Source: an uncultured virus (IMG/VR IMGVR_UViG_3300024999_000036)
Lineage: Duplodnaviria > Heunggongvirae > Uroviricota > Caudoviricetes
Length of the DNA: 64,000 bases
Direction: 5' to 3' (one strand)
Virus record (IMG/VR): IMGVR_UViG_3300024999_000036
The position numbers and the translations under genes were made by a program. Numbering within the stretch: position 1 is the first letter of the stretch; every line of letters begins with the position of its first letter. The notes under the pieces were generated by a model. That model saw nothing but the letters and a program-made list of their open reading frames with translations, made no database searches and was not told where the DNA came from. Below, one piece after another: positions 42,765 to 52,778 of the stretch.

Positions 42765-43151
42765 TTATCTTGTTCTTGGATATTCAGTTAGTTTTTGAAA
42801 AAACCAGTTATCAGGAATATTCTCATCTATTATTTTATCTATTGGCTTCTTTGCTTCATTTTGGTTATATAATTTACTATTAGGATCAATATATTTTTTT
42901 GCATTTTCTATTCTATTTTCAATATACTTTTGTTTTTCTTGTTCAATTTCAATAATAGGTATTACTTTTTCCATAACAATATTTAAACTAGCAAGTATGG
43001 TTATTACTACTATCATCTTTGCCATATATCTATTAGATAAAACTTTACAAATAATATAACCAACGAATCCTAATATAAATTGTATCATTAATTGTGGTAA
43101 GCATAAGCAAGTTATAGCAAATATTAAAATTGGTATTATAATTAAATACAT
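42765..43151 (-). CDS. membrane protein, SpoIIIAC/AD-like hairpin
   Basis: IICKVLSNRYMAKMIVVITILASL..V...V.PII. Confidence 0.55.
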   Translation of the reverse strand: MYLIIIPILIFAITCLCLPQLMIQFILGFVGYIICKVLSNRYMAKMIVVITILASLNIVMEKVIPIIEIEQEKQKYIENRIENAKKYIDPNSKLYNQNEAKKPIDKIIDENIPDNWFFQKLTEYPRTR

Positions 43152-43162
43152 TTTATCATCTC

Positions 43163-43450
43163 CTAAAAATATGCTAATAATTTATTTACTATCTCAAATC
43201 CTTTGTTTACCATAATTAAAGTAGCAACAAATGTAGCAACTATTCCTACTAATATAGCAAAATTATTTTCACCTATTATTTTACATATTTGTTTTCCTAT
43301 AAAAGCAGCAACAGCACAACCAACAATTAATAATATTGCAAATCCGTCTTTACCTACTCCAACGGTTTCTCTCATTAGTCCAGTAACAGTCATTGCATAA
43401 CAAGGTAAGGGATATATTAAACAAATTAACAATATAATTATTCTACTCAT
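43163..43450 (-). CDS. membrane protein, SpoIIIAC/AD-like, with signal peptide
   Basis: GKQICKIIGENNFAILVGIVATFV....V...F..V..LL..F. Confidence 0.6.
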   Translation of the reverse strand: MSRIIILLICLIYPLPCYAMTVTGLMRETVGVGKDGFAILLIVGCAVAAFIGKQICKIIGENNFAILVGIVATFVATLIMVNKGFEIVNKLLAYF

Positions 43451-43453
43451 TAC

Positions 43454-43726
43454 TTATTCCTCCAATTTTGAATTAATAAATTTCTGTGCAACATCATCAC
43501 CAACATTCACTATCTCTTTAACATTTTTAAATTGCTTATTCAATTCATCAAAACAACCAATATTATTCATATAAAATATTTCATCTGCTTTAAATTCTTC
43601 TTTAATAAATTCTTCTATAACTTCTCTAGGTAAATATCTTACTTTCATTAAATCATCAATTAAATCAGTAATATCTAATGTTACTCCTTCATTGTTAGAA
43701 TTGTACCATAATAAGTAAGTTTTCAT
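43454..43726 (-). CDS. hypothetical protein
   Basis: GGAGG RBS before ATG 43726. Confidence 0.65.
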   Translation of the reverse strand: MKTYLLWYNSNNEGVTLDITDLIDDLMKVRYLPREVIEEFIKEEFKADEIFYMNNIGCFDELNKQFKNVKEIVNVGDDVAQKFINSKLEE

Positions 43727-43727
43727 A

Positions 43728-43931
43728 TTACACCTCCCAACTTGCTTTAATATTTTCCAATATATTATCTGGCATAATTTCAATAAATGATTCACAGATA
43801 CCTAATAATGCAAAACAAGCATCTATAACTTTATCATATTTTTCTTCTATATCTATGTCATTATTAGCATCTAATTCATTTAATTGATTATTTGTAAACT
43901 CACAGAATTGTTTATATTCTTCCTTTTTCAT
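43728..43931 (-). CDS. hypothetical protein
   Basis: AGGAGG RBS. Confidence 0.65.
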   Translation of the reverse strand: MKKEEYKQFCEFTNNQLNELDANNDIDIEEKYDKVIDACFALLGICESFIEIMPDNILENIKASWEV

Positions 43932-43961
43932 TTATATATCCTCCTTTAAAATTATAATTAT

Positions 43962-44267
43962 TTACTCTGGAAAATTCCATTTAATAATATCTTTTGATTT
44001 ATTGATCTCTGTTTTTTTATTAATCTGTCTAACTTCAATGTCATCTTTATCCGTATTGGATGCAGGTGTTTCATTAGTAACAACAACATTAGTATCAACA
44101 CTCTCCAATTCTTCCACAAATACATCTTCTACTTCACGTTTCCGATAAACTAAACTATCTCTTAGTATTTTTCTAATAACTTGTGATAAATTTTTTTCTT
44201 TATACTTTTCTAATTGCCTTATTAATTCTGTATCATATTCTCTGTTTAGTTTAAAAGATATTCGCAT
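43962..44267 (-). CDS. ribbon-helix-helix DNA-binding protein
   Basis: MRISFKLN...D.ELI..L....NLSQVIRKILR. Confidence 0.7.
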   Translation of the reverse strand: MRISFKLNREYDTELIRQLEKYKEKNLSQVIRKILRDSLVYRKREVEDVFVEELESVDTNVVVTNETPASNTDKDDIEVRQINKKTEINKSKDIIKWNFPE

Positions 44268-44298
44268 TTTCTCTCACTCCTTTTTGATTTAATTTTAA

Positions 44299-44352
44299 GT
44301 CTTAATAATCGTCTTATAGAACGTCTTAAATATAGTCAGTAGAATCGTCTTA
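44299..44352. repeat. 12-bp-phased GTCTTA direct repeats (operator or centromere-like)
   Basis: GTCTTA at 44299, 44311, 44323, 44347; degenerate GTCAGT at 44335. Confidence 0.75.
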
Positions 44353-44554
44353 ACTCTTAATTCAAATGTATTGTTGAATTAATTAATTTAGAATATATTT
44401 ATTATTGTCAATATATAGAAATATAAAATTCAAAAATGTCTTACTATAATATATTTATTTTATTATTCCTATTGACTACAATAAATAATTATGGTAATAT
44501 ATATCTAACAACATACATAATATATAAAATAAAAACTTAAAGGAGAGATTTTTT

Positions 44555-45424
44555 ATGACAATTACAAATAATCAAATAAACCACAATAAATACTTATCAA
44601 ATTTTAAACAGCACTTAACACTCTTATCCAAATCTATCAATACAATAAATTCATATTTATCAGATTTAAATCAATACTTCTCACTCTATACTACAATAAC
44701 ACGCAATAATGTTCAATATTATAAATCTCAAATATCTAATTTAGCATCTACGTCATTTAATAGGAAACTATCATCATTGAAACAATATAATGAATATTTA
44801 TTGTCTGAAGGTTTGATTAATGAAGTTTATATTTATAAACAGGATTTTATAAGAATACAAGATCAATCTAATCCTACAAATATATCAGAAAAAACTGTAT
44901 TAGAATTTTTAAATAATGTAAATAATAAACCTGCTACTTTTAAATCAAGGAATATAGCAATTATATATCTTATGGCTAATACAGGTATTAGAAGAGAGGA
45001 ATGTTGTGATATGATGATTAGTAATATTGTTGATAATAAGAGAATGATTTTTAAAGGAAAAGGTAATAAGGAACGTAAAGTTGCATTAAATAAGAAAGCA
45101 CAAGAAGTAATTAATGCTTATTTAATTGATAGAGCAAAAAGCAAATATGCTGATTCTGAATATTTGTTTTTATCAGAAAGAGGTAATAAATTAATAAAAG
45201 AAAGTATAAATGGTATTTTTAATTTTTATTGTACTAATGATTGTAAGGTTAAATGTCACGATCTTAGACATAACTGGTGTTCTACAATGATTGAAAAAGG
45301 TATTTTATCACCTACAGAAGTACAGAATCAGGCTGGCCATAGTTCGTACTTAATTACTAATCGCTATGTCCATGCTAGAATGGAAAGTATTGAAGAAAAA
45401 ATTTATAATTATAGTATTGGGTAA
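44555..45424 (+). CDS. tyrosine recombinase/integrase (XerC/D-like)
   Basis: SAM-like N-domain; TGIR, GKGNKER, HDLRH, GH...T.RY. Confidence 0.92.
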   Translation: MTITNNQINHNKYLSNFKQHLTLLSKSINTINSYLSDLNQYFSLYTTITRNNVQYYKSQISNLASTSFNRKLSSLKQYNEYLLSEGLINEVYIYKQDFIRIQDQSNPTNISEKTVLEFLNNVNNKPATFKSRNIAIIYLMANTGIRREECCDMMISNIVDNKRMIFKGKGNKERKVALNKKAQEVINAYLIDRAKSKYADSEYLFLSERGNKLIKESINGIFNFYCTNDCKVKCHDLRHNWCSTMIEKGILSPTEVQNQAGHSSYLITNRYVHARMESIEEKIYNYSIG

Positions 45425-45557
45425 ATGAAAATATTGTGTGATTATAGTTATTATGTTGATTATGTTATAATATTATTTTATTGGCTTTTATGTGAGTATT
45501 ATTTGTAATTTTATTTTTGAAGAAATATACAAAGTGTATTATAATCTTGCAGACAAT

Positions 45558-45624
45558 AATTTGTTCGGAAAAAATCATTCCGAACAAATTTCAGTCGTTG
45601 GGGCAAAAAACGCCCCACTCCTGA
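45558..45624. repeat. two tandem inverted repeats
   Basis: AATTTGTTCGGAA/TTCCGAACAAATT (13 bp) and TGGGGC/GCCCCA. Confidence 0.65.
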
Positions 45625-45936
45625 ATATAATTTTTATTGTTTTTTATTTACTATAAAATTATATGTTGACTTTTATTTTACTATTGTGTATAATATGTAT
45701 AAGAAAAATATCTGTATTTTTGGGAGGTGAAAATTTTGATATGTATATTTGTATTGCTTTTATTTTTATAGATAAGTAGATGGTAATTTATTAATTATAT
45801 ATATTATTATAATTGTGTTGTAAATGTAGGTAAAATTTTAATATAAGGATCGTACTAATAGGGGACGAGGTATGGAAGATAAGATGTACTAAAGCATCAA
45901 CAAACTACTGATATACAAGGGTTTCAAAATTTATAA

Positions 45937-46051
45937 TTCCGCTATTTGTGGAATAATATTAGAATTAAAGATAGTAGCATATAAGAGTTATTTAAAGTAT
46001 GAGAAAGATATATTAAGATAACTTAACTAAATTAACTTTCCGCTATTTGTG
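45937..46051 (+). repeat. 14-bp direct repeat TTCCGCTATTTGTG x2
   Basis: exact copies at 45937 and 46038 upstream of the RepL-like gene. Confidence 0.7.
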
Positions 46052-46080
46052 TAAAAAATATACTAAAAGGAGAAAATATT

Positions 46081-46596
46081 ATGGCAAAGAAAATTAAAAA
46101 AGATCCAAAGTATAATGTTGTTGAAGTAGAATCCGGTGAATTAATTAATGTAATGTATCAAGGAGATAGAATCAGAAGAGAAGAACAAGACGAATTTGCA
46201 AAGAATAAAACATTATTAAATCCTAAAGAAGAATTTATTAAAGTATTTGTAAAACCTATACTTAAATTAAGCACTATGCTTACAAATCCTGAAGCATGGT
46301 TTGTAACTTATTTATTAAAATATTTAAATTATACTTCTGGTATATTAAAGAAAGATGATGGTTCATGTATTAATATTGATAATATTATGGATGAATGTGG
46401 TTTAAAACCTAGTTATACATATAAAATATTAAAAAGTTTATGTGATAAAGGTGTAATTGCAAAATGTAAAACAGAAGGTAAAATTTATTTTGCAATGAAT
46501 CCTTATATATTTATGAAAGGTAGATATGTAAATAATACTTTATTAGATTTATTTAAAAATACTCAATGGGTAAATATATTTAAGGAGGATAAATAA
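46081..46596 (+). CDS. RepL-like wHTH replication/maintenance protein
   Basis: V...SGE, FIKVF, HTH, Y.MNPYIFMKG. Confidence 0.7.
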   Translation: MAKKIKKDPKYNVVEVESGELINVMYQGDRIRREEQDEFAKNKTLLNPKEEFIKVFVKPILKLSTMLTNPEAWFVTYLLKYLNYTSGILKKDDGSCINIDNIMDECGLKPSYTYKILKSLCDKGVIAKCKTEGKIYFAMNPYIFMKGRYVNNTLLDLFKNTQWVNIFKEDK

Positions 46597-46598
46597 CA

Positions 46599-48524
46599 TT
46601 GGATTTTAACGAAAATCAGTTAAAAGCAATAAATCACTATGAAGGGAATTGCTGTGTGTTAGCTAGTGCAGGAAGTGGAAAGACAAGTGTATTAACAAAT
46701 AGAATAGTAAATCTTATTAATGTATATAAAGTAAATCCAAAAAATATTCTTGCTATTACATTTAGTGTTAAAGCAAGAGAAAATATGCAAAATAGATTAG
46801 CAAAATTAATAGGAGATAAAGTAAATCTCTTAACCATTGAGACTTTTCATGCTCTAGGAAATAAAATATTAAAAGAAAGTAAATATAATTATTACCACAA
46901 CAAAATAAAGCAATGGCAACAGAAACAATTTATAAATAATATTGTAGTTAAAACTCTTGGGATTGAAGTTAATGAAAAAGATGTGAATACTAAAGACATA
47001 ATATCTTTTATATCTTATCAAAAGAATAATTTGATAGATTGTGATGATGAATTAAAACCAACTACATATATGCCTTATAGGATTAATACAATGCAAGAAA
47101 TATATCAAAGGTATGAGACAACAAAGAAAAATGAAAAATTAATGGATTTTGATGATATGTTAATTAATACCTATAAATTATTACTTAATAATGATTCAGA
47201 AAGAGAAAAATATCAAGATAGATATAGATTTATCTCAAATGATGAATTTCAGGACACGAATTTAGCACAATATGAAATACTTAGATTATTAGGTAAGAAA
47301 CATAATAATGTCTTTGTGGTCGGTGACGGTCTTCAGTGTATTTATGAATGGAATTTAGCCAACAATGATTATATTATTGATTTTCATAAAGATTGGATTG
47401 ATACAACAGTAATTCCTCTTAATACTAATTATAGAAGTTCTCAAGATATTGTTGAATTATCTAATAAGTTAGTTAAGAATACAAAGGAAACTACACACGA
47501 ACATTATTATGAATCTATAGCAAACAAATCTAAATATAAATCACCTGAGTTTGCTTGTTTTGAAGATGAAGTAAGTGAATCTGATTATATTGCTAAAAAA
47601 ATACTTGAAATTAAAAATTCTGGAGGTAAGTTTTCTGATTTTGCTATCTTAACAAGAACAAATTATCAAATACAAGCAATTGAAAGAGGTTTATATAAGA
47701 ATAATATTCCATACGAAGTTATTGGAGGTACATTATTTTATGAACAGAAAGAGATAAAAGATATTTTGTCATATTTAAGATTAGTTGAAGATATTAATAA
47801 TGATGAAGCATTTAAGCAAATATATAATTCACCTAATAGGTATTTAGGAAATGTATTCCTAAATGAAGTAACTACATATTCTCAAAAATATAATAAATCG
47901 TTATTTACTAGTATGGTATCCTTCCCTAGAAGTAATGAATGGAGATATAAAAAAGGTATTAGTGAGATATGTGATATTGTTTCAAAAATTAAAAAGAAAA
48001 AGAAATATAAAGTTGGAGATTTAATAAATATCATAAGAAAAAACTTAGATTATGATAAATACATATTAAAAGAAGATACAGATAGTAATCTTAGAAGTGA
48101 AAAAATTGATAATTTAGATATTCTTGTTGTTTTAGCAAACAAATATAGTAGTATTGATAGTTTTCTTGAAGAAGTAGATAAATTATTAGGATTTTCTAAG
48201 GGTTCGGATAGTGATGATAAGGTTAAGGTGATGACCTGCCATCGGTCGAAAGGATTAGAATTTAAAATAGTATTTTTAGCAGGTGTTAATGATGGATTAC
48301 TCCCTCATGCTAAGTCAGACAATGAAGCAGAAGAAAGAAGATTATTTTATGTAGGTATGACTCGTGCGGAACAATTACTGTATATTATTTCTACTATGTA
48401 TTATGGCAATAAGGAGATGGGAATTAGTAAATTTATATTTGATATTTTTGATAAGAAATATGTAAAAAGCAGATATATTGGTGATATTGAAGAATTTGAA
48501 GATGAAGATTGGGAAGATAAATAA
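46599..48524 (+). CDS. UvrD/PcrA-family ATP-dependent DNA helicase
   Basis: ASAGSGKT, TFH, DEFQDTN, VGD..Q.IY, NYRS, H.SKGLEF, EERRLFYVGMTRA. Confidence 0.95.
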   Translation: MDFNENQLKAINHYEGNCCVLASAGSGKTSVLTNRIVNLINVYKVNPKNILAITFSVKARENMQNRLAKLIGDKVNLLTIETFHALGNKILKESKYNYYHNKIKQWQQKQFINNIVVKTLGIEVNEKDVNTKDIISFISYQKNNLIDCDDELKPTTYMPYRINTMQEIYQRYETTKKNEKLMDFDDMLINTYKLLLNNDSEREKYQDRYRFISNDEFQDTNLAQYEILRLLGKKHNNVFVVGDGLQCIYEWNLANNDYIIDFHKDWIDTTVIPLNTNYRSSQDIVELSNKLVKNTKETTHEHYYESIANKSKYKSPEFACFEDEVSESDYIAKKILEIKNSGGKFSDFAILTRTNYQIQAIERGLYKNNIPYEVIGGTLFYEQKEIKDILSYLRLVEDINNDEAFKQIYNSPNRYLGNVFLNEVTTYSQKYNKSLFTSMVSFPRSNEWRYKKGISEICDIVSKIKKKKKYKVGDLINIIRKNLDYDKYILKEDTDSNLRSEKIDNLDILVVLANKYSSIDSFLEEVDKLLGFSKGSDSDDKVKVMTCHRSKGLEFKIVFLAGVNDGLLPHAKSDNEAEERRLFYVGMTRAEQLLYIISTMYYGNKEMGISKFIFDIFDKKYVKSRYIGDIEEFEDEDWEDK

Positions 48525-48573
48525 TTAGTAAGTTAATAGATTAATATTATAAATAATATAGGAGGATTATTAT

Positions 48574-49980
48574 TTGAAAAAAGTATTTTTAGATGATTTA
48601 CCTAAGAAGTATGGTTTTGGTGCAAATAAAGATAAACTGTGTATTAGTTGGAAAGAAAGTATAGGGCATAAAGTTAAATTTATTTATGATAATATAGTAG
48701 GTGAATTAGAAATAATTAATTATTATACAGAATCAAATCATGGTTATTTAGATATTAAATATAATAATAAAATAGTCAATATGGATACTGGTGCTTTTAT
48801 TAACTGTAGTATAGGAAATTTATTAAATAAAATTGTTACAGATTTTAGATATAATATTAATGATATAATTAATTTAAAATTTAGTAATATAAAAATATTA
48901 GAACAAATTAGAATTCCAAGTGGTAAATCAATATTGATGCATAAAGGATATGAATATGAATGTTTAAAATGTGGTAATAAAGATCGTGTACGAGAGAATG
49001 ATTTAAATGAAGGGAAAGGTTGTAATGTATGTTGTATTCCATCAAAGAAAATATTGATTGGTTATAATGATTTATGGACTACACATTTTAAAATAGCTAG
49101 TTTAATGAAATATCCACAAGATGGTTATGAAACAACTTCTGGAAGTGATAAATACAAAAAATTTATATGTCCTAATTGTAGATATGAAAAATCTTATCTT
49201 GTACACAATCTTATAAAATTTGGATTTAGTTGTCCAAAATGTGGTGATGGAATATCTTTCGCTAATAAAATAGGATTTAATTTATTAGAACAATTGGGAA
49301 TTAATTTTATACCTGAACATAAATTTTATAAATATAGATTTGATTTTTATTTTGAATTAGATTATAAAAAGTATGATTTAGAAATGGATGGGGCATTAGG
49401 ACATGGGAATTATAATACATTAAGTAAATTATCAGTAAAAGAAACAAAAGAAAATGATATTGAAAGAGATAATTTTACAAAAAAATATGAAATAGAAGTT
49501 ATAAGAATTGATTGTTTAAAATCAGATTTAGAATACATAAAAAATAATATATTATCTAGTCAATTAAATGAGTTATTTGATTTATCTAATATTGATTGGG
49601 ATAAATGTGAAGAATTTACTAATAAAAGTTTAGTAAAAATTGCATGTGATTATTGGAATAATGGTATTAAATCTAGTTTAGATATTTCCACAATAATGAA
49701 ATTAAGTAAACAAACAATTATATCATATCTTAAAAAAGGTGCAAATTTAGGATTTTGTGATTATAATGCATTTGATATCGGGAAAAGAAAAATAATTCAA
49801 TTAGATAAAAATAATATTTTAATATCAAGTTTTATATCTATGAATGAAGCAAGTAAAATAACTGGAATTGACCATAGGAGTATATCTTCTTGTTGTAGGG
49901 GGAAACAAAATATTGCTAAAGGTTTCAAATGGATGTACAAAGAAGACTATGAAGCAATGTTATTAAATAAAGCACAATAA
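48574..49980 (+). CDS. zinc-ribbon/PD-(D/E)xK homing-type endonuclease with C-terminal NUMOD1 domain
   Basis: CxxC ribbons, GYNDL.T, RFDFY...EMDG..H, F.S..EAS...GI....I..CC.G....GFKW.Y. Confidence 0.75.
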   Translation: MKKVFLDDLPKKYGFGANKDKLCISWKESIGHKVKFIYDNIVGELEIINYYTESNHGYLDIKYNNKIVNMDTGAFINCSIGNLLNKIVTDFRYNINDIINLKFSNIKILEQIRIPSGKSILMHKGYEYECLKCGNKDRVRENDLNEGKGCNVCCIPSKKILIGYNDLWTTHFKIASLMKYPQDGYETTSGSDKYKKFICPNCRYEKSYLVHNLIKFGFSCPKCGDGISFANKIGFNLLEQLGINFIPEHKFYKYRFDFYFELDYKKYDLEMDGALGHGNYNTLSKLSVKETKENDIERDNFTKKYEIEVIRIDCLKSDLEYIKNNILSSQLNELFDLSNIDWDKCEEFTNKSLVKIACDYWNNGIKSSLDISTIMKLSKQTIISYLKKGANLGFCDYNAFDIGKRKIIQLDKNNILISSFISMNEASKITGIDHRSISSCCRGKQNIAKGFKWMYKEDYEAMLLNKAQ

Positions 49981-50127
49981 TTTATAATAAATTTAACAGA
50001 ATACTAAAATAAATATATTGACATCTACCCCAACATCATGCTATAATACAGTTAGTCAATAAACAAATACATAAACAAGAAATCAAAAGTAATAAAAAAT
50101 ACACAAGAAAGGAGGTGTCTACTCTAT

Positions 50128-50526
50128 TTGCAAAAATATTTAGGAATTTATGCTATCTTCTATGAAAAAGATATAAACACAAATCAAACAATCATAGATA
50201 AAGAAACAAATGAAACTAATCAATATCTTCAGGGGAATTCAAAAACAATTATATATCGTTATGATGAAAATACACTAGCAATTTACTTCCCATCTAATCA
50301 AACTATAGGAAAATTAGATGAACAAAACATTAAATATTCTATATTATGTCAAGGAGATACAGAAAGTATTCTATTAGTAGATGAAAATAAATACATAGAT
50401 AAACTAGATTTAGCTTTGAAAATAAAAGTTAAAGGAAGGTTGGAGCAATTAAAAGAATACAAAAGACAACAAAAACTAGAAATGAGATTAGAAAAGGAAA
50501 AAGAGAAAGCAAATAAGAAAAAATAG
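50128..50526 (+). CDS. hypothetical protein
   Basis: TTGACA-17-TATAAT promoter; AGGAGG RBS. Confidence 0.7.
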   Translation: MQKYLGIYAIFYEKDINTNQTIIDKETNETNQYLQGNSKTIIYRYDENTLAIYFPSNQTIGKLDEQNIKYSILCQGDTESILLVDENKYIDKLDLALKIKVKGRLEQLKEYKRQQKLEMRLEKEKEKANKKK

Positions 50527-51057
50527 ATAGAATACAAATATAATTTTTTAATAATTTTTAGCATTATGACTTTTATTAAATTTTTATATATTGATTGGAT
50601 TTATTAAATTTAGAAAAATATCATAAACTGTTGATTTTAAAGGGTTTGTGATATGTGTCTAAAAAGTCAATAAAATCAATGGTTTGTAGCACTTTTTATA
50701 AATTTTTGGTATTTAATTTAATAATTAGCGGTCAAATTCAAAAGTTGTAAAAATTTTTGTATAAGTGTAAGTTTGGTTAAATTGAGAGCAAATATGAACG
50801 ATTATTTTGAGTTTAAATTAATTTTTAAGGAGGAATTTTTATATGTTTAAAAAGATAAATGAAAATTGCTATTTAGTTACTAATTCAGGTAGAAAGAATA
50901 GAAATTATTTAGTTTGTAAAGGTAAAGTAACTCAAAAATATTTATGGTTGAGTAAATTACAGAATAAATTTAGTAGTTAGTTAGATGGCTATTATAAATA
51001 TTAGGAGTTAAAAATCTAAATAAAAATAAAAATAAAATAGAAAGAAGGAATATACAT

Positions 51058-51459
51058 ATGAACAAAAATAAATTAAACAATTCAAATAAAACAAATAAAA
51101 ATTTACATATTTATACAGGAAAACTTATATATAATGACGGAAATATTTATACCTTACACTCCCCTACAACCAAATCTACAACAAACATATCAGATATACT
51201 ATATAATATATGCTACTCTTATAATAATTACATAAATATTAAAATAATGAAAGGTTGTAAAATTTTATTTGAAGAAGATGGTAGATTAATAAATAAGATT
51301 AATAATAAAAATGGTTTACTTAGTTATCATGTTAATAGTGAAGATTTAGAAAGTGTACTCTTTTTTAATACAGATGATTATATAGATATTGAGATTCATA
51401 GTGGATTTTTAGATGATTTAGACAAGCAAGGAGTAGAAGTTATAGATGGGACAAAATAA
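51058..51459 (+). CDS. hypothetical protein
   Basis: RBS; ORF. Confidence 0.65.
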   Translation: MNKNKLNNSNKTNKNLHIYTGKLIYNDGNIYTLHSPTTKSTTNISDILYNICYSYNNYINIKIMKGCKILFEEDGRLINKINNKNGLLSYHVNSEDLESVLFFNTDDYIDIEIHSGFLDDLDKQGVEVIDGTK

Positions 51460-51661
51460 AATTACTTATATAGACGTAAATATAACTACAGGATATTGTG
51501 CTAATTGCTTAAAGAATTTAGATGATATTGATAAAAGTGATAAATGGAAAATAACTAAAGACCATAATAACAATGAATTTTGTGATAAAGAATGTAAGGA
51601 GCAATTTAGCAGAGAAAATAAAGAAGAGATTGATGATATTGTTAATATGTGGTTTGGGTAA
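51446..51661 (+). CDS. TRASH/MYM-like zinc-finger protein
   Basis: CANC...FCDKEC. Confidence 0.6.
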   Translation: MGQNKITYIDVNITTGYCANCLKNLDDIDKSDKWKITKDHNNNEFCDKECKEQFSRENKEEIDDIVNMWFG

Positions 51662-51721
51662 AATTGAATAGAATAATAGATAATTATAATAAAATATAAA
51701 TTAAAAAGGAGAAATAATATT

Positions 51722-52189
51722 ATGAGCAATGAAAAAGAATTAATTTGGGTCACTAAGGAACAAGCAGAAATATTTAAAGAATTAGATTCAAATGATAATC
51801 AAAGGAATTTTGTTGATAAATTAATAAAAGAAAGAAAACTAGATATTGAAAATAGTATTGAAAGTTTAGATGATGATTTACTTAGGTTAAAATCATTTAC
51901 TTTAACTTATAAAACTGAACTTAGAAAGGTTTATGATGAACAGGATAAGGCACTAGAAGAATTATAGGAGAAACATGATGATAAGATTTATGAGTTAAAA
52001 AATAAGATTACGCAATTAAAACCTGAGTTGGAGAAGGTTGTTAAGGAAATTAAGGAAGTTACTAAGGTGTTGGATGGGATATCAACGTATAGTATGGATA
52101 GATTGATTGAGATGGTTAATAAGGTTAATTATATGAATGAGAAAGATAAGAAATTGTTGATGGATTTGATTGAGTTGAGTGGGAAGTAG
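51722..52189 (+). pseudogene. coiled-coil protein gene with internal TAG (51965-51967)
   Basis: frame stays open and coding-like for 73 codons past the TAG. Confidence 0.6.
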
Positions 52190-52240
52190 ATGGATTATAA
52201 AATAAATATATTATAAATAATTAAAAGGAGAAATAATATT

Positions 52241-52681
52241 ATGATTACCAATAAAAGTTTTATAGTATCGGAATTTGACTTAGATGAAATTGAAACAGAT
52301 ATGGAAGAAAAATTACATAAGTTTGCAGTAGATACCTTCGGTGAAGAAACTTCTAAAAATATAAATGTTAAAGCAGAATATTTAGAATATCAAGATGATG
52401 GTATGAGATGTTTTAAGGATGAATTCAGATGTGAATTATGGTTGGAAGTTAGTTTTCCACAATATAATTATTTGATTAAAGGTCATGGAGTTAGAAATGA
52501 AAGTATTAGGATGATGTTGGAGTTTAAAGGTAGTCAAGTATTTTATATTGATGGTAAGTTTGAAAGTAGAAATGTATTTGAGTGGATTCAAGGTGGCATT
52601 ATACAGAAGTGTGAGAAGATATATGGATTTGGGAAAGATGAGATTTATAAGAAATTTAATGAGTATATGATGGATTGTTAG
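52241..52681 (+). CDS. hypothetical protein
   Basis: AAGGAG RBS. Confidence 0.7.
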   Translation: MITNKSFIVSEFDLDEIETDMEEKLHKFAVDTFGEETSKNINVKAEYLEYQDDGMRCFKDEFRCELWLEVSFPQYNYLIKGHGVRNESIRMMLEFKGSQVFYIDGKFESRNVFEWIQGGIIQKCEKIYGFGKDEIYKKFNEYMMDC

Positions 52682-52778
52682 GAAGATTAATTTAATTGAT
52701 TAGTTTGTTGGTTAGTGCAAGGGATTAATTTTTTCTTGTACTAACTGATTATTAAATAACAAAGGAGAATGATGTTTT

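Noticed and set aside
97..43400. Plus-strand ORFs in the left arm (for example 97-579, 1638-1955, 19719-20114, 30999-31313) and minus-strand ORFs right of 46 kb
   Set aside because: Antisense shadows of RBS-supported genes, with Leu/Ser/Phe/Ile-rich composition and no RBS
40178..44267. Classical conjugation (T4SS) locus
   Set aside because: No VirB4, VirB6, cell-wall hydrolase or HUH relaxase motifs in the window
46599..49980. Gabija-like defence pair (UvrD plus nuclease)
   Set aside because: The helicase is full-length PcrA-type coupled to RepL, and the neighbour is a homing-type endonuclease rather than an OLD/TOPRIM nuclease
51965..51967. Genome-wide stop-codon reassignment
   Set aside because: Other genes end normally at TAG or TGA, long genes are uninterrupted, and the two internal stops are of different types
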